Source: Vicugna vicugna
Lineage: Eukaryota
Direction of reading: 5' to 3'
Assembly: GCA_013265495.1 (NCBI GenBank)
Contig: MU057503.1
Span: forward strand, 248,001 to 312,000
Length of the DNA stretch: 64,000 nucleotides
Part shown: positions 1 through 15,625 of the stretch, piece after piece
How positions within the stretch are numbered: the first letter of the stretch is position 1
How the letters are laid out: every line of letters starts with the position of its first letter
Notes under the pieces: model-generated
The model's database searches: none
What the model saw: only the letters and a program-made list of their open reading frames with translations
What the model was told of the DNA's origin: nothing
Made by a program: the position numbers and the translations under genes

Positions 1-104
1 CTTCACTGTAACAAATTAATAAATCAGTTAAAACTGGGCTATTATTCAAATACTCTGAGATAATGTATCTTTCAAAGTTATACTAATCAACTTGTAAAAA
101 GTGC

Positions 105-212
105 TTTTAAATGTTTTATTGTGGTCGAATATACATAACATATACCATTTTAACTATTTTTAAATTTACAATTCAGTGGTATTAAGTATACTCACATTGT
201 TGTGCAACCATT
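105..212 (-). mobile_element. LINE-1 3' end fragment (old L1M type)
   Basis: Antisense L1 3' terminus text (ttttattgtgg...tacaattcagtggtattaagtatactcacattgttgtgcaaccat). Confidence 0.65.
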
Positions 213-509
213 AAAAATATTTTTGTGTTTATGCCAAATACATGGCCCCAATAATGCAAGCTGTAAAGTAGTATTACTGTTGTATAATCCAGTTTCCCTG
301 GGAGATTATTTACACGCTTAACCAATTTGATGGTAAGTGTGTTCAAAATAGCTCAAGAACTCCTTTTGGTATTACTTTCATTCTTCTGAATGTCACTGAT
401 AGTTTTCTTCCTTTGACGATGAAGTGTTATTAGAGCATTAACTACAAAATATTGTAGGTGCTCAGACTGGGTGATTTTTTTTCAGATAATAAATATACTT
501 ATGAAGTCA

Positions 510-2100
510 TCCATTCATTTACTCAAAAAAATTATTGAGGGCCTAATAAGTGCCTTCAGTCTGATAAGCAGTAACTATACCATGGTGAACAAAACAGTTT
601 CTATTTCTGTGGGTCATTGTCTAGTAGGGGAGACAGACATTAAGTAAATTGTGAATATAATAAGCATTATGAAGAGAAAAAATCATGGAGAGTGCTATGA
701 GTATAACAAGAGCTGAGAGAGCACCTCATTTATACTGGATGTCATACTCCCCAGAAGTAACGTTTGAGCTGTAACCAAAGAGTAGGTGTTAGTTAGGCAG
801 GTGGAAGTCAAATGGGGCAACAACATGTGCATACCCCCTGAGACAGGCATGTTTGAGGGACCAAAGCTGAGTAACCTTTGGCATGATGTTTGAAGAGGAG
901 TGGGATAAAATAAGTCTGAAGAAGTAGGCAAAAGCAAGATCATGTAGGAGGAATTTGGATTTTAATATATTACAAAGGCATTGACGGTTCTAGGCTGCCA
1001 TCATCTCATCTGGCTTATTACAGTTACCTTCTAGCCAGTTTCTTACTCATGCCCTTAACTCCTGTGGTAATCCTCAAAAGAACAGCCAGAGCGGTATTTT
1101 TATACTTAAGGCTTTTTCCTGTTGCTCCTTGTCCATGTCACTAGATACCTTTTCTTTTCACTCAATGAAAGCTCGAGTCCTTAAAAGAGAATATAAGGAT
1201 CTGCATGATCTGGCCCATGCTCTCTTATTTCCTACCGCTTTCCTTCATGTTCACTTTGCTCCATCTTCACTAGGCCCGTCACATAGGCCATGAATGTTCC
1301 TGCCTCAGGGTCTCTGAACTTATAATTTCTTATGCCTGGAATGTTCTTTCTCCAAATATTTATATCCTTGCTTTCTCATTTCCTTTAGGTCTCTGTTGTC
1401 AATCAGATCCTTCCCTATCCACTCCATATACAATGGTAACCACCATCCCCCATTCCATGACCACTTGGCATTCTCTCTCTACATTTTTTTTTTAATTTTT
1501 TGTGTATCTGTTTGCCTCCCCCTATTCCCAACTCATGCTCCATGAGCACAGGGGCTTTGTTTTAGTCACTGCTATAGCCCATTACCTAGAACAGCATCTG
1601 GCAAGTAAGAAGGCATTCAAATTAATGAAAAGTGAAGAAAATCACAAGTGTGTGTCTAGTTTCCAGCTTGTATATCATAATGTTAACATAATGATAACAG
1701 TGGGAGGAGAGAGACAAGAAAAGTAGATTTGGGGCAGGGATAAGATTGAGTTAATTTTAGGCATATTCAGTTTGTTATGCCCATGAAACATTGAAGTGGA
1801 TATGTCGTAGGCAGATGGATATGCTAGCATGGAATATAGACCAGAGACCTAGGCTGGAAATAAAAATAAGACTGTTTGTAGATGGTACTTAAAATCAGGG
1901 AAATGACAGTATCTGTGAAGTGAGGGCATCTGTGAAAAAGAGATCCCAGGACTAAGCCTTATAATATAACATTTAAATGGAAGACAGACACTACTGTTGC
2001 AGCAGGAAAAAAGGAAGATATTATAGTTGCAAGTAGTTTTAGATTTTGTGATGACTTGGTTATCCTAAAAGTATGAGACCAGATCATTAGCTAAGGATGA
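510..2100. mobile_element. Cluster of L2 fragments in both orientations
   Basis: L2 3' tail on - strand at about 510 (cattcatttactcaaaaaaattattgagggcc), + strand L2 3' end at about 990-1630, further - strand L2-like text to about 2100. Confidence 0.6.
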
Positions 2101-2324
2101 AAGAATAAGACTGCTTGGCAGTATTGAGATCTCATTTGAGGTTCTAGATCATCATTTTAGAGTGGTATAAATTTATTCACTTGCGATTTTCTTGAGCAGT
2201 GTTTAGCTACACGGTGCATAAAATAGATGACTGGGTTCATACAGTGAAATAATTGGGTTCATCTACGGTTGTAGAGAGAAAAGGACAAAGAAATTAAGAG
2301 CAAGCTAGACTATTGGGAGGGGTG

Positions 2325-2444
2325 TTTTTTAAGTGTTTTTTCATTTATTTATTTATTTTTTTAATGGAGATACTGGGAATTGAACCCAGGACCTCATGTA
2401 CGCTAAGCACATGCTCTACCACTCAACTATTCACTTCCACCCCA
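2325..2444 (-). mobile_element. tRNA-derived SINE, Vic-1-like
   Basis: Reverse complement reads ..tagttgagtggtagagcatgtgcttagcgtacatgaggtcctgggttcaattcccagtatctccattaaaaaaataaataaa; A and B boxes plus AAAT tail. Confidence 0.85.
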
Positions 2445-3741
2445 TTTTTTATTATTGTGCTAATTTATTTAGCTAATCCAGGAAACATCCATTGAATCTC
2501 TACTCTTTGCCTAGCATACAGAGTCGTAAAAGACAGTGCATATCTTTTAGAATTTTGTGTTGTAGTGAATGAGATAGACATAAATACAGTATAATCTGTG
2601 ATATGTTAGAAAGCATGATCAGCCAAATGTTTTGGAAGCAAAGAGAAGAAAGCCATTGAGAAATAAGTGAGGCTTCACCAAGAAGATGATATTTGAGTTG
2701 GATCTTGATTTCATTTGACAGAGTACATTATTCATTATGACTTATATTTGGTTCATCTGATCATAAAAATAGCAGTGAGTTATCAGAGGTACAGCTATGA
2801 CATTATAGCTTGTTCACACATTTTTCCACCACAAAAATCCCACATCAGAAATTTTATTTTACCATAGCAAAACACATTGTTCATACACTCAATAAATACA
2901 TATGGGTACCTCCTGTATGTTAGATAGCAGTGCTTTTTCGTATGTCTGCCAGCTCTTAAAACAGAAGTACCTAAAATATTTTGAGCTATGACGGCATCAA
3001 TGGGACAAATCTAAAAATATATCCTTCTAAAGAAGTTACATCAAAGATGATGTTCACTTGAATTTGACGAGTTTACTGGAAAATCACTCTGCTTTATAAT
3101 CAAGTTTTGTGTATAATTAAAAATGTGTCTCTGGCTTTCATTTAGAGGTTTTGCTTTGAATATAAACTGAATCATTGACACACACTAACATACATACACA
3201 CATACGTATTTATTATGCATATGTTAATGAATACATATATTTTTAATATATTTGGTATATAATTGAGGTATTTTGTATAATTCTTCAGTAATTGTCCAGG
3301 GCTTTTCTAAGTATTATATACTTTGCCCAAGAGAAAACTTTCAGCAACTGTTTTTAAAAGAAATCAAAAACAAATTTTTGACCAAAATGTTACTAATTAT
3401 TTATAAGGAAATTCTTAGTAGTAAGATATAACATTTTATGATTCCTCTTATATTCATTGGATACCATACAAAAGTGTCTCTATCATCCCAATTATACCAC
3501 CATCTTCCTGAGACCTCAGTTACCTTCTCTGAGACTTGTTCTATTAATCATCTCTTCTTTGTTCTATGCCTTTACCCTCACCTCTTTACTGTCTTCCTTT
3601 CAGCATGTATACATGGTCAAGTCTTTTTTTTTTTAATGGGGTGGGAGGGATATGGAGTAAGGAGCACCCTTGACCTTGAAAAGGATGGTCTTGCTTTCTC
3701 CCTGCTTTCTCATGTCCCATTCAGTAGTCCTCATGTCTGCA

Positions 3742-3935
3742 CATAGCATAGTAGTTATGAACTTGGATTTTGCAACATGACTGCTTGGATTCAAATCGTA
3801 GTTCTGTTACTTATAAGCTGTGTAACCTTGGATGAGAAACTTCATAATTTCTTCATCTGCTTAATGAAGATAGAGTACCTAAGAAGTGTTTGGCACATAA
3901 CAAATAGTATGTAAGTATTAGTTGCTGTTATATCA
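3742..3935 (+). mobile_element. MIR SINE
   Basis: ggattcaaatc..ttacttataagctgtgtaaccttgg..cttcatctg core and tggcacataa..gtaagtattag tail. Confidence 0.7.
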
Positions 3936-4768
3936 TCACTGTGACCATCATACCACTTATAGAAATTGTTTTGGGGAAGGTCATTCTTGACCCTGAGTTT
4001 GTTAGGCTCTTAGTAGCCCCTTTACCTTTGAGAAGTTGACATCCACTTATAATTGACAAATCCCAATCTGTCGCCACACTAATTCTCCCTCCTGAGTTTC
4101 CCTCCAATATGTAACTATTAGATGGACATTCCGACCTAAATAATACTACAGATAGCTCAAACTCAACATGCCTGTGACTAAACATATTTCCCAGAAGCCT
4201 GAAGCTTTTATTTCTTACACTCCCTATTGGTACAACCTTTGACCCAAGCGAAAATCTGAGCCTTACTCCAGGTCCTATTCATTCCACCACCTCTTAAATA
4301 TCACTTATCTCTGTCTTCTCCTGTCCTGTCAGTACACTATTTTAGCACTTGAGCATCTTTTATGTGAACTTTTGAAATAGGTATCTAACTCATCTCTCTG
4401 TTCCCTCATTTATCCTCTTTCAATCTATTTAGTGTACTGCTTCCACATCACTGTTTTTAAATGGAAATATGATGGTTACCTCCTTGCTTGAAAGTCGTTT
4501 CCTGTCACCCAAAGGATGAAATCCAAACTGGACCCTACCTCTTTAATCAAAACAAAAGGTTGCTAGAATTCATTAAGTTTCAAATCTCTTTATATATAAT
4601 GTTACCTCTTCCCTGGTTGCCTTTCAGACACACACACCACTTTTCCTCTATCTCCTCTGGGCAAATACCTATTACACAGTGAGAATCATGAAAGTAGAGA
4701 CTGTCTTTGGTTTTCTTTTATATCCCCAATGTTTGGTATAATGCCAGATAATAGTAAGTACGTTAGAA

Positions 4769-5053
4769 TAGTGTTTCTCAAAGTGTGTCTATGGATGAGA
4801 CAGTGCTGATCAGTAATAAAATAAGTATAGAAATTAAGTATAAATGATCCAAAATGTTTATAGCAATTTGACAGGGTAACTTCATATCTATTAAATCTAA
4901 TAATTAAAAAATGGGAGTTTGTTTTTTATTTCATTTTTTTAGTGGTTCATTTTTATTTTATAAAAAAAAACTTTATAAAAGTATCAATCTGTGACAATTT
5001 GGAAATTTTCTGAAAAAAAAATTAGTCCTTCCATACAGATTTGAGAAATACTG
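4769..5053. mobile_element. hAT-Charlie non-autonomous DNA transposon
   Basis: Terminal inverted repeats tagtgtttctcaaa / tttgagaaatactg; 8-bp TSD cgttagaa / cattagga (6/8). Confidence 0.8.
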
Positions 5054-8000
5054 CATTAGGAAAATTTATCTGAAATATTTAGTATTTTACCTGTACCAGA
5101 TTAATATTTCTGAAGCTGCCTAAACACCAAAGAGCACAATAATGTTAAAAGAATTATAGCACATAATATATATATTTACTTCTTGCAAAGACCTACCAAT
5201 TTATATAAAGTCCAGTCCATACTACAGCTTATGTTCTGCCAATGTAGCCAATCTGATAGCAGTTGAATTGGGCGCCGTGTTAATTACAGCTTAGCAGAGC
5301 ATACCCCTACTACAATGCAAATAGTTTCTTGAATGATTTTACAGTGAATGATATAAAGAAATTATCTTAGAACATTATTTCTATACTTCTAGAGACTTGC
5401 AATAATGATCTTCTGTTATTAATATTCGTTGAATGATTAATCAAATAAATTTAAAGTTCTTTTTTATTATGAAAATAATCAGAAACCTTAATAGTTCATG
5501 CCATCACATAGTGTAACTTCTGTTTCAACTTAGCATAAATATTTATTGTCAATTGTGGGTCTAGTGTAATGAAGTGATACAGAGAAGGGTATGACTTGGT
5601 GATTACCTTAAAGAGTATAGTAAGTCAGTTAAACTTCTTTTTAAAAAATTATGCTGTCCCTTTCTGTGTGCCTTAGCAGGAGGGCTAAAAGATGAACAAA
5701 TCACACAATTCTTCATACTCATTTATTCAAAAATGTTTCTTTACTGAATATTATATGCAAGGGACAGAGCACACACAAAATTATAAAGAACCATTGTTTT
5801 TTTCCTAAAACCTTTGACCATCTTGTTTGCTTAAAATTTTGGCATTCATTTCATTGTGAGCTAGTTTTGAATTATTAATAGGGTAGAAGTTAAGATACTA
5901 AACATTAAAATTGAATACGTAAGCCTTAGTTCTTTAAAATAAATATAACTTACACTAATGTTTGTCAATGCTAGTAAGAACCATTTGGCTTTAGCTTGTT
6001 TCCCATAAACTGAATATGTGAACATAAAATCACTCAATAACTTGTTACTAAAAAAAAAACCTAGACAATTGCTATTACTGTCTGGTAGTTTTAAAACATC
6101 ATTTAACTACAACTACCTTATAGCCTTGTTGTTGGTGTAATCATTTTCCCAGAAGCTTTCAAATTTCTCTCTGTTGCAAGTGGATATTCTATCCAGTTTC
6201 TACTTTTGCTTTTAATATGAAAATCTGTGGTCTTTATATAATCATGCTTTTTAAACACTGACATGTCTAGTTACAGGACTTACTGCAAGTAGCAGGGTAG
6301 TCTTTTTAACAAACTTAGAATTCTCCTTCCTCAGTCTTATGGATGAAGGGAGAAAAGGCTTTGAAATTTCTTTTCTAGCCAACAGAATGTTTCCAATTAG
6401 TTCTCATACTTCCCAGAGTTTTCATAATTCTTAAATTCAAGTAGTGTGTGAAGAAGAGATTCCATAGAATTTGAAGGAAAGGAAGTTTCATTTTATTCGT
6501 GTCTTAGGCATAACCAGATTAATGATGTTAAAATATTAGAACATCCTTGTCCAATTCAAAAACCCTTCCTTTAGAACTACTTTATGTAAAATTTCAATAT
6601 TTTAAGAAGAGTATGTGCCAGTTCTCTCTTCACTGACAAGTAGAGAGGGAAAAAACATCAAAATAAACTTTTTTTAACTAAATAAATTTTAAAAGGGTTA
6701 TATCCACTTATATTTTACTTACATAAACTTGTTCTTTGAAGAAGGCTTGAAGAGGAAATGGAAATGTAAAGCAAAATAGAGCTATACTTGTATTTGTTTT
6801 CCCAGAATATGTGGAGAAGCTTCAGAATTAATCTCTCAAATATAATGAGATTTGCCTTTCCTAAGGAAAAAAATAACAAAAAATAAAACATGAAGAATCT
6901 TTAAAAACCTTATTTTTCAAATGAACTTGGTAAAGGAGCAGGCCTGAATATATTTGTAGTTCTTAATTGTAAAAGTCTACATCATAGTTTTCTGTCTTAC
7001 CTACTATCTTATTACAAAACTAGAGCTAGTATCCCAGTTTTAATAGGATGCTTCAGAATTATACAGTACCTTTTTAGAATATTTATTCTGTCATCATGAC
7101 AAATTGAAAAATAATAACATGACAAATCTGAAAATTCTTTATCCATCTAATCTTAAAATCCAGAAAAAGATATTTGGGGGTATTTTGAGGTTACTTTAGC
7201 CATGGATTACTTCAGGTTTTATTTTTTTAATCATAAGAAAATAAAATCGTTTCCTCATTTTAGATTGGGTTTCTGTTTTTAGTATTGGTCAGTTCAAAAG
7301 TGTAGCTACTTTAAGAGTTGTGAGTGGCATTACATTTCGATTAGTTACAGAATGAGTTACGCAACTCAAAGGCTTTAGGTAATCAAAAATTAAGTTTGTT
7401 TTCTTTCCTGTTCTAGTTACCGGTTTACTAAAATAGTGAGCATACATGATCACTTGAAAATTGGGCTTCTGGAGCACCTGAACAGAAAGGGAGTGGTTCA
7501 TATTCAGCATTACAAAAGACAACTTTCTCTTTTTGAAGGGGATTACTTTGCTATTTTCCAGGTACTGGGGAAATTCCAGATTCATTGCAAGTTATTGGGA
7601 TGGCTATTAATTATTCATTTCCTAAAGTATGTTGATTACAGACTTGAGATTTGGTTATATAGTAGAACTTTATTTCACTTCATCAAAGTAAAAAAAAACT
7701 ATGTAGAAGTTTATAGTAAAATACAAAATTGAGACTCATTTACATGAGTCAGTTACTTTTTCAGAGACCTGTAGAAACATCAGTCTTACTGATCAGAACA
7801 CATTTAATGGAAGAACTTTTAGAAAGTAATAAGCAGTAAGATTTTTGCATGTGTATAGGAAAAGTTATGTACAAAGCATTGTAGTCTTTCTAAGAAATTT
7901 AAATAATGAGAGAAAATCATACTTCACATAATATTCCAATTTTAGGATGTTGGTTTAAGGGTGGGAATTCATAACCAGAGAGTTTTTCATTGATAATTAA

Positions 8001-11000
8001 TACTTTATAAAATAGTTGAATGGTATGTGCATTCTTTTTAAAAATAGTTCTTCATGGTGGCAGTGGTTAAAGGTCTGTATACGTTGAACCACATAGCAAA
8101 ATGTCCACTGGATGAGACATGTGGTTATTTAGAATTCTCTTAGGAATTGTTGTGTCTAGTTCCAGGTTTATTTGGGGAAAAGAGTCTTTATAAAAATATG
8201 ATACCAAACATTTTTCTTTCATACATCTCTTACTTACATGGATTTATTTTGAGAGTTATTTTTTGAAGTATTCACAGTAGTTAATTTCCTTCATTAGGAA
8301 AGCCTCTTTAGGCATTATTTAGACTTTTGTTTTTGAAATTGTAGAACTTTTAGGTATGTACTTATATAAAGGGTGCAATTCAGATCTTGGTCAAGTGTTT
8401 TCCCACTGTTCTCAGTCTAAGGACTGCTTCCAATCTTTCTACCATATATGTTTTTATTTATTCATCACACCTTTGTTGAGGTATGTGCCAGGCATTGTGC
8501 TAGATGCTGAGTTACAAAGGTAAATAAAACATGGACTCTGCTTTCAGGATAACTACAGTATAAGTCAGTTCAAGCAATCGAGTTAGCCCAGGGGAAGGAA
8601 TATTAGTTCCTCCTTGAGGTGCTGAGATGTTGAGATGAGTGTTAAAGAATAAGTAGGAATTTCTTACAGGCAAGAACAGTCTATGAAGGGGAGGAGTACA
8701 TGTTAAGGTTCAATCTTAATACATGAAGGAATATGGCTTAAGACTCTTAATTCAAATTCACATTCAAGAATACTCTCATTTTTTGCAGTTTCCATTTTAA
8801 ATGCTTATGTGAGCACAAGTAGAGAACTATAAAGCCTCTTTGAAGAACAGATACTTTTGCTTATAAAATGATTGGCTTGCACATATACCATTTTGTCATT
8901 TCCCGTGGATTAACACCTTTTCATACTAGCTTACATCCTGAACCTTCCAGTTGGCCAACTAGATGCTGTATCACAATGCTAAATTAATGAATGCCAAAAG
9001 TCTGCCGTATATTAAACATGAAAGTTAGTTTTTAATCCCTAGGTCTTCAAATGCTCTTGTCAGTTTTGCACACTATTATCTTGCCTAGGAATCTTAAAAA
9101 ATATTTAACCTATGTGACAAGTGCATTTGCCTGTTAGTTAATGTAGCTTTTTAACTTTTTCTCTTTTTCATTAAATTGAAACTACTGGTACAGTATCTCT
9201 TTTTTTTTTTCAGTCTCATTATTGCTTTATTTTTAACATGGTATTTGATAAAATTCTACCCAATATTAAGACCGACTCTAAACACAATTATGATACAAAC
9301 AAAATGTGGCTTAAGAGATATGTTTTATGATCAGTCACATTACTTCATATTTGGACCTCATTTCTTTGGTGATGAGTTGTTAGAGCTGGTATTTTCTTAA
9401 AATGTGGAAGTGTTGGCATTTGTCAGTGTTAGGCAGTTGAAATGAAATGAATTAACAGGTGAAGCTCAAAATGACATGTGACTGAGAATGTCAAAAACTC
9501 AGTAGACACAAAAATAATATACTTATGTTGTTTATATAATCCTTTTTATTTTTATGACATATTCATATATATTCTCAGGGGTTTTTTTCTTTTCATTCTC
9601 AGTTTTTGTTAAGAAAAACCATATGTGTTAAAGGATGAGGTTTTTTTCTTTTCCAGTAAAGGAAGCATTGAGAGTAAGAGATATATTCACATAGGCACAG
9701 GACATGCTGAATGATTTCTAATCCATAGTTTGTCGCTAAGTAAGGTATCTTACAAATTAAAAAGGATATTCCTTATGTCTACATATGTAGGACTTTCAAT
9801 ACATATACGCCTTAAAAAGGAATTGTTTTGGAACAGTCTCAATGAGATAGGAAAGTTTTTTGTTTTTTGTTTTTTTACTAGTAAAAGGGTCTTTGAGAGA
9901 GATGCTTCACAACTCTGGTTATGGTTTTTCTTACTGACCTAATGAAAATTATCTTAATTTTTTAAAACATTGTATTTAATGGCAGCCAGTCCAAGTATGC
10001 AGTTTTCTTATAATTGTCAAAGATGTTCATGTTTAAAGATTGAATAATGAGTTGCATAAATTACAAATCAAAGTGCATTATGACCAACTTTAAGAAATGG
10101 GCTTCTTCTGCCAGAATGATGGCATTGAATACTGGTGTCACCTGGTTCATAGAAATATTTCAGTCGTTTGACCTCTTTTCAATTGTGCCTTGAAATTTAT
10201 ACCAAAAGAGAACTTGTAATATTTAAATAGTCTTTATATTATTTCAAAACTGTTATAACTCTTATAATAACATTATTTTCAACGTGAGGGAGAAAGTATG
10301 GCATTTTCAATCTGAGGAAGAAAAGTCTGGCAGTTTAGTTTTTAAACTATTACAAACTGTGCATTAGAACAATTAAACTGGCTATTGAATTTCAGTATTT
10401 ATATGTTTGTACAAATTTTTAGAAAAATGAAGGTTTTGAGTTCCTTAAAACATTATGTTCAACAAATAGGATGCCTTGGGGGGTACCATTTAGGACTTAA
10501 TGGTTTACATTTAGATAAGGTATATCTCAAAATATATTGGTTATGATACCTTGATAGGTAGGTAATACAGATAGTTACTTATTAAAACTGTTTATATTTT
10601 GTTGTTTGTTATCAGTGAATTATGATCAGTTTCAAACTGGCGTGAGACACTATGAAAATAAGCGCTGGTTTCTCTGTCAGTGACTTTTTAAAAATCCAAG
10701 TGGAGACCCACTACAGAGCAGATGATAGACTGAATAAGTCCAACAAGAGGAGGCCAGGGAAATTTTGATAGGTGCTGTTCTTATGGATTAGTATTCAAGT
10801 AGAAGTGCTTGAAGAAGCTTTTAGAAATCATTTATTACAAGCAAGTGTATTTTTGCCTTACTTTGTGATATTTCATCTAACAAAATTTGAGTACTTTGTG
10901 CCAAACACTGAAAGAAAAAAGTGGGAAAAAAAGAGGATAAATACATTAATACACATAGGCAAAAACATAAGTGCTCAGTGCTGGAGATATAAATGTAAAG

Positions 11001-13466
11001 AATATCATAATTCCTGCTCTCATGAAGTCTGAGCCCATTTGGCAAGATGGACAACCTAAAAATTAAAGTTACAGTATTTTATAAAATAAACACAGTAATA
11101 AAAGTAAGCACTGAGTGATATTGGAACATACAGGAGGAAACGCTTCTTAAGGGAATCTGGGAAGACTTCTCAGACAGGATACCTGAATGGTTTAGTAGAA
11201 GTTAATAAGGCAAAGAAGGTACATGTCAAACAGTAGAGGAAAATGAACTTACAGAGTGAGAGAACCATGAAAGTCAAGGAACCACAAGTAATCAAACAAG
11301 GCTGGGATGGAGTTTTTGGAAAAAAAAGTATTGACAAGGGATGAGATTACGTAGGTGGGCAAAAGACAGACCCTTCTAAGAATTTGATATTTTAATCTGA
11401 AATTACTATTAAAGGATTTATAGCAAGGAATAGACATGATTAAGTCACAAATTCTAGTGACATTTTAAAAAGATCACTCTGGATGCTATGGAAAGCTAAA
11501 AAAATTTTAATTATATTTGGAAGCTCTTTGCAAAATAGAGATGAAGATGAATAAGCAAAAACAAAGTTCAAGAAGTATTCATGTTTGCACAACTTGATTC
11601 TTTGACATGTTTAGTAAAGCATTAGTTTATATAATTGTGTTACACACAGTGTTAGAATTTCATATTCTTAATATAACCCTGAGCTGATCAAATATAAGGA
11701 TTTGAAAACTAGTTGATAATTGTTGTAAATTCTATTTAACCTCCACTTTGTCTCATTGGCTATTTAGTGTTGATCCTGTTTCTACTAAATGAGATGCTGC
11801 TGCTAAGTGATGGTGTTTGTGCCCTGTTTAGCCATGGTGTATTCTAGCTGCTTGGCCCTACCCCCAGTGCTGGGATTGTAATTAAAGGGGCATGTATTAT
11901 AAAAATAAAAGAGAAAATGAAACTCAAAAGGCCTATAAAATTATGAAAAATTGAGATATAAAAGGAATTAAGAGGAAAGGTAGAAAAATACCCCTTCCCT
12001 GATGGCCTCCTATGCTGCAGCCTGCCGGGACCTCCCTCTTGTTCACATAGAACTTTCTTCCACTGAAAGTGACATGGAAATAGCTATGCAGCCGGTACAG
12101 CCCACCTCAGACGCATTTTAACTCTTGATATTATTTTCATCGCCTGAAAATAATACAAGTTCCATGATACTATAAAGAGCTCTCTCTTTTACCTTGAGAT
12201 AGGGGCCAGACTACCAATTTGGGCAATATTACTTTTATTAGACAGAAAATTCCAAAATAGATATCATGGTTACATGAGTATATGTTCATTGATTGAATTG
12301 AAACCATAAAATAGAATGCTGTGATTTTTTTTTTGAAAATTTGAATATGCTTAATTTTGGAGTTTTAGCCAAACAGTATATGGCATATAGTCCTAGTTTA
12401 TAGCATCCAAGTTATCAACATGAACCCAGCAGGCTGAACCTTTCATAGTTAGCAAAACTATTTAACTTAATCCGTATGTGTGGTAAGCAAGCTTTGAAAA
12501 ACTTTTATTTCCATTAATATAAATCCAAACTCTGATAAGAATGGGTTTCTACTACTTTATATGTAAGTAGCTAGCTTCACTTAAAGCACTTTGCCACTTA
12601 CTCCAAGACAGATAACTTCCTGCAGCCAAAAAAAGTTACTTATATGACCATATATATCTGTCAGTCATTACCTATTCTACTTAATGGTTCTAGACGTATA
12701 ATTGATAAAGTAATGTGTTCAAAATGAAGACACATTATATGGTGTTATCAACTTAACATTATTCCATCTTGAGGTAAAATATGAAAAAACGGTTCTTCTG
12801 CCACCATCTATTCTATTTTAAATCCTAAACTATTTAATTCAAAGTGGAACAGAGTTGGAAAATGAACTTATTCATAGTATTAATCTTGCCCTGAAGGAAA
12901 ATTGGATTGTTGTGATGTTAAAGAAGAGCTGGAAGAAATAAGAACACAGTTAGCCAGAGTTCACATAACAAAAGTTTGTTTTCTTAGGCTCAGCTAATCT
13001 GTACTGTCCTTTCTAAAAATGGTTGACCCAAAAGAAAAGTTTAGAAGACTGATCTTTCATAATAAGAAATTGACAGTGGAAGCAGTAAATAGCCCTTTAA
13101 GTTCATTTCTTGCCTACACTCTATCTCAGTTTTTACCTACTCAAGCCAATTTGCAAATGCCTAGGGTGATAGGACAATCCATAATTTCTACCAGTCAAGT
13201 AAAAAAAAGAAGGAAAACTCTGAGCTTCTCTCCCAGTTGACAGGTAGTTTGCTGTGGTTAAAATTAATGCAGATTTTATAGCAACAAATACTAACATTTT
13301 CATTTACTATAAGTAATTGACTTGAATTTGGGAAATGAATAGTTGAGTACATCATTTGCGTATTTATTTGATCAGTTACTTATTAGTGCAAGAGGCCATC
13401 GTGTAAATTTTTCTCTATATATAATGGCAGATCACTTTGTTTCTCTCTTCATTTTGACATTTTTAA

Positions 13467-13941
<475 letters not shown>

Positions 13942-14934
13942 GTTTGGTTCAAAATGACTATGGAGAAGCAACGGTGAGCATTTGCACATTGTTTTAGAAC
14001 ACAGCACATCTCTAAGAAACCTACCTAAATATTTTATACATGTGTGAAGACTAGATTTGGGAATGTCATTAAACTCTAAGGCCTCAATTTATTTTGAGAG
14101 TCATTGTAAGTTTGAAAAATTATTAAAATGAAACTAGTCTGCAAAGCAAGCACTAATATTAATTTTTCGATATAATTCTTAAACTTTTATTTTAAGTTTA
14201 TTCTTATTTGTGAAGTGGTTACTTATAAAATCTCAATTTATTTGTCATTCAAATAAGAATTAAACTAAAATTTAGGTTTATATTAAAAAAAGGTTTCCTA
14301 ATTAATTATATAGATCAGATTTATGAGAAATTTTGAAGAGAATAAGTGGTTTTAGCCATTTGTTATACAACTTAAATGATCGCATAGGTCATCTACTAGG
14401 CAAAATTTTATTAACTATATACTAGTTCTTAAAAAAATGAAACCACCAATTAAAAACAAACTCTCCTTTCTAAACTTTGAAAAAAGTAGTTCAGACAAAT
14501 CATTTATTGGCCCTTACCCATGATTCCAGTTGGTTTCATTTTATGAGATGTTCTTGTAAAATTATGTGTAAATAGGTTCTTGATTATCTGACTTTTTTCT
14601 TTCACAATTCTTTTCAGTCTCGTCAGAAAATATTTAGTATTGCAAAGACTAGGAAAATTATATATGAGCATGAATATTCCTGTTATCTCTACGAGATTTA
14701 TCCTCTCTTTACACACAGAAACTAAGAACATTGTAATATTTTTCAAGTGACCCAAAAATGTTGCTGAATTTTAAAAATCTTTGGTGTTTTGTAACCCTTT
14801 GTACAAAACTATACCATATTTTCTCCTTGTTCTCTCCTCAGGTCAACATTTCTTTTCTATTTTACTAATTATCATTTTAAAAATTTTTAGATAAATAATT
14901 ATTTATGTATATTTATCATATGTAATTATCATAT

Positions 14935-15041
14935 CTGCAAAGGACTGCAAAAGCGCCACAAGTTCACTTGAGAGCTACAAATAAATTTTAGCAAGTAGGT
15001 GAATCCACGAATAGGAATCTGTGAATAATGGAAATCGACTA
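14935..15041 (+). mobile_element. TcMar-Tigger (Tigger4/MER46-like) terminal fragment
   Basis: tacaaataaattttagcaagtaggtgaatccacgaataggaatctgtgaataatggaaatcgacta followed by TA. Confidence 0.7.
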
Positions 15042-15084
15042 TATATTTTTTAAATCAGTCTTGTCCCTAGAACTGACTTTGTAA

Positions 15085-15297
<213 letters not shown>

Positions 15298-15340
15298 TAA
15301 TGTGGTATCGTTGGGTAATGTGTGTCTGTTTTCCTTATAG

Positions 15341-15625
<285 letters not shown>

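Noticed and set aside
7289..7732. Overlapping 98-aa ORFs on both strands as a novel protein gene
   Set aside because: No recognisable homology or promoter; the + ORF is not in the frame a USP15 cassette would use. Kept only as splice-site candidates.
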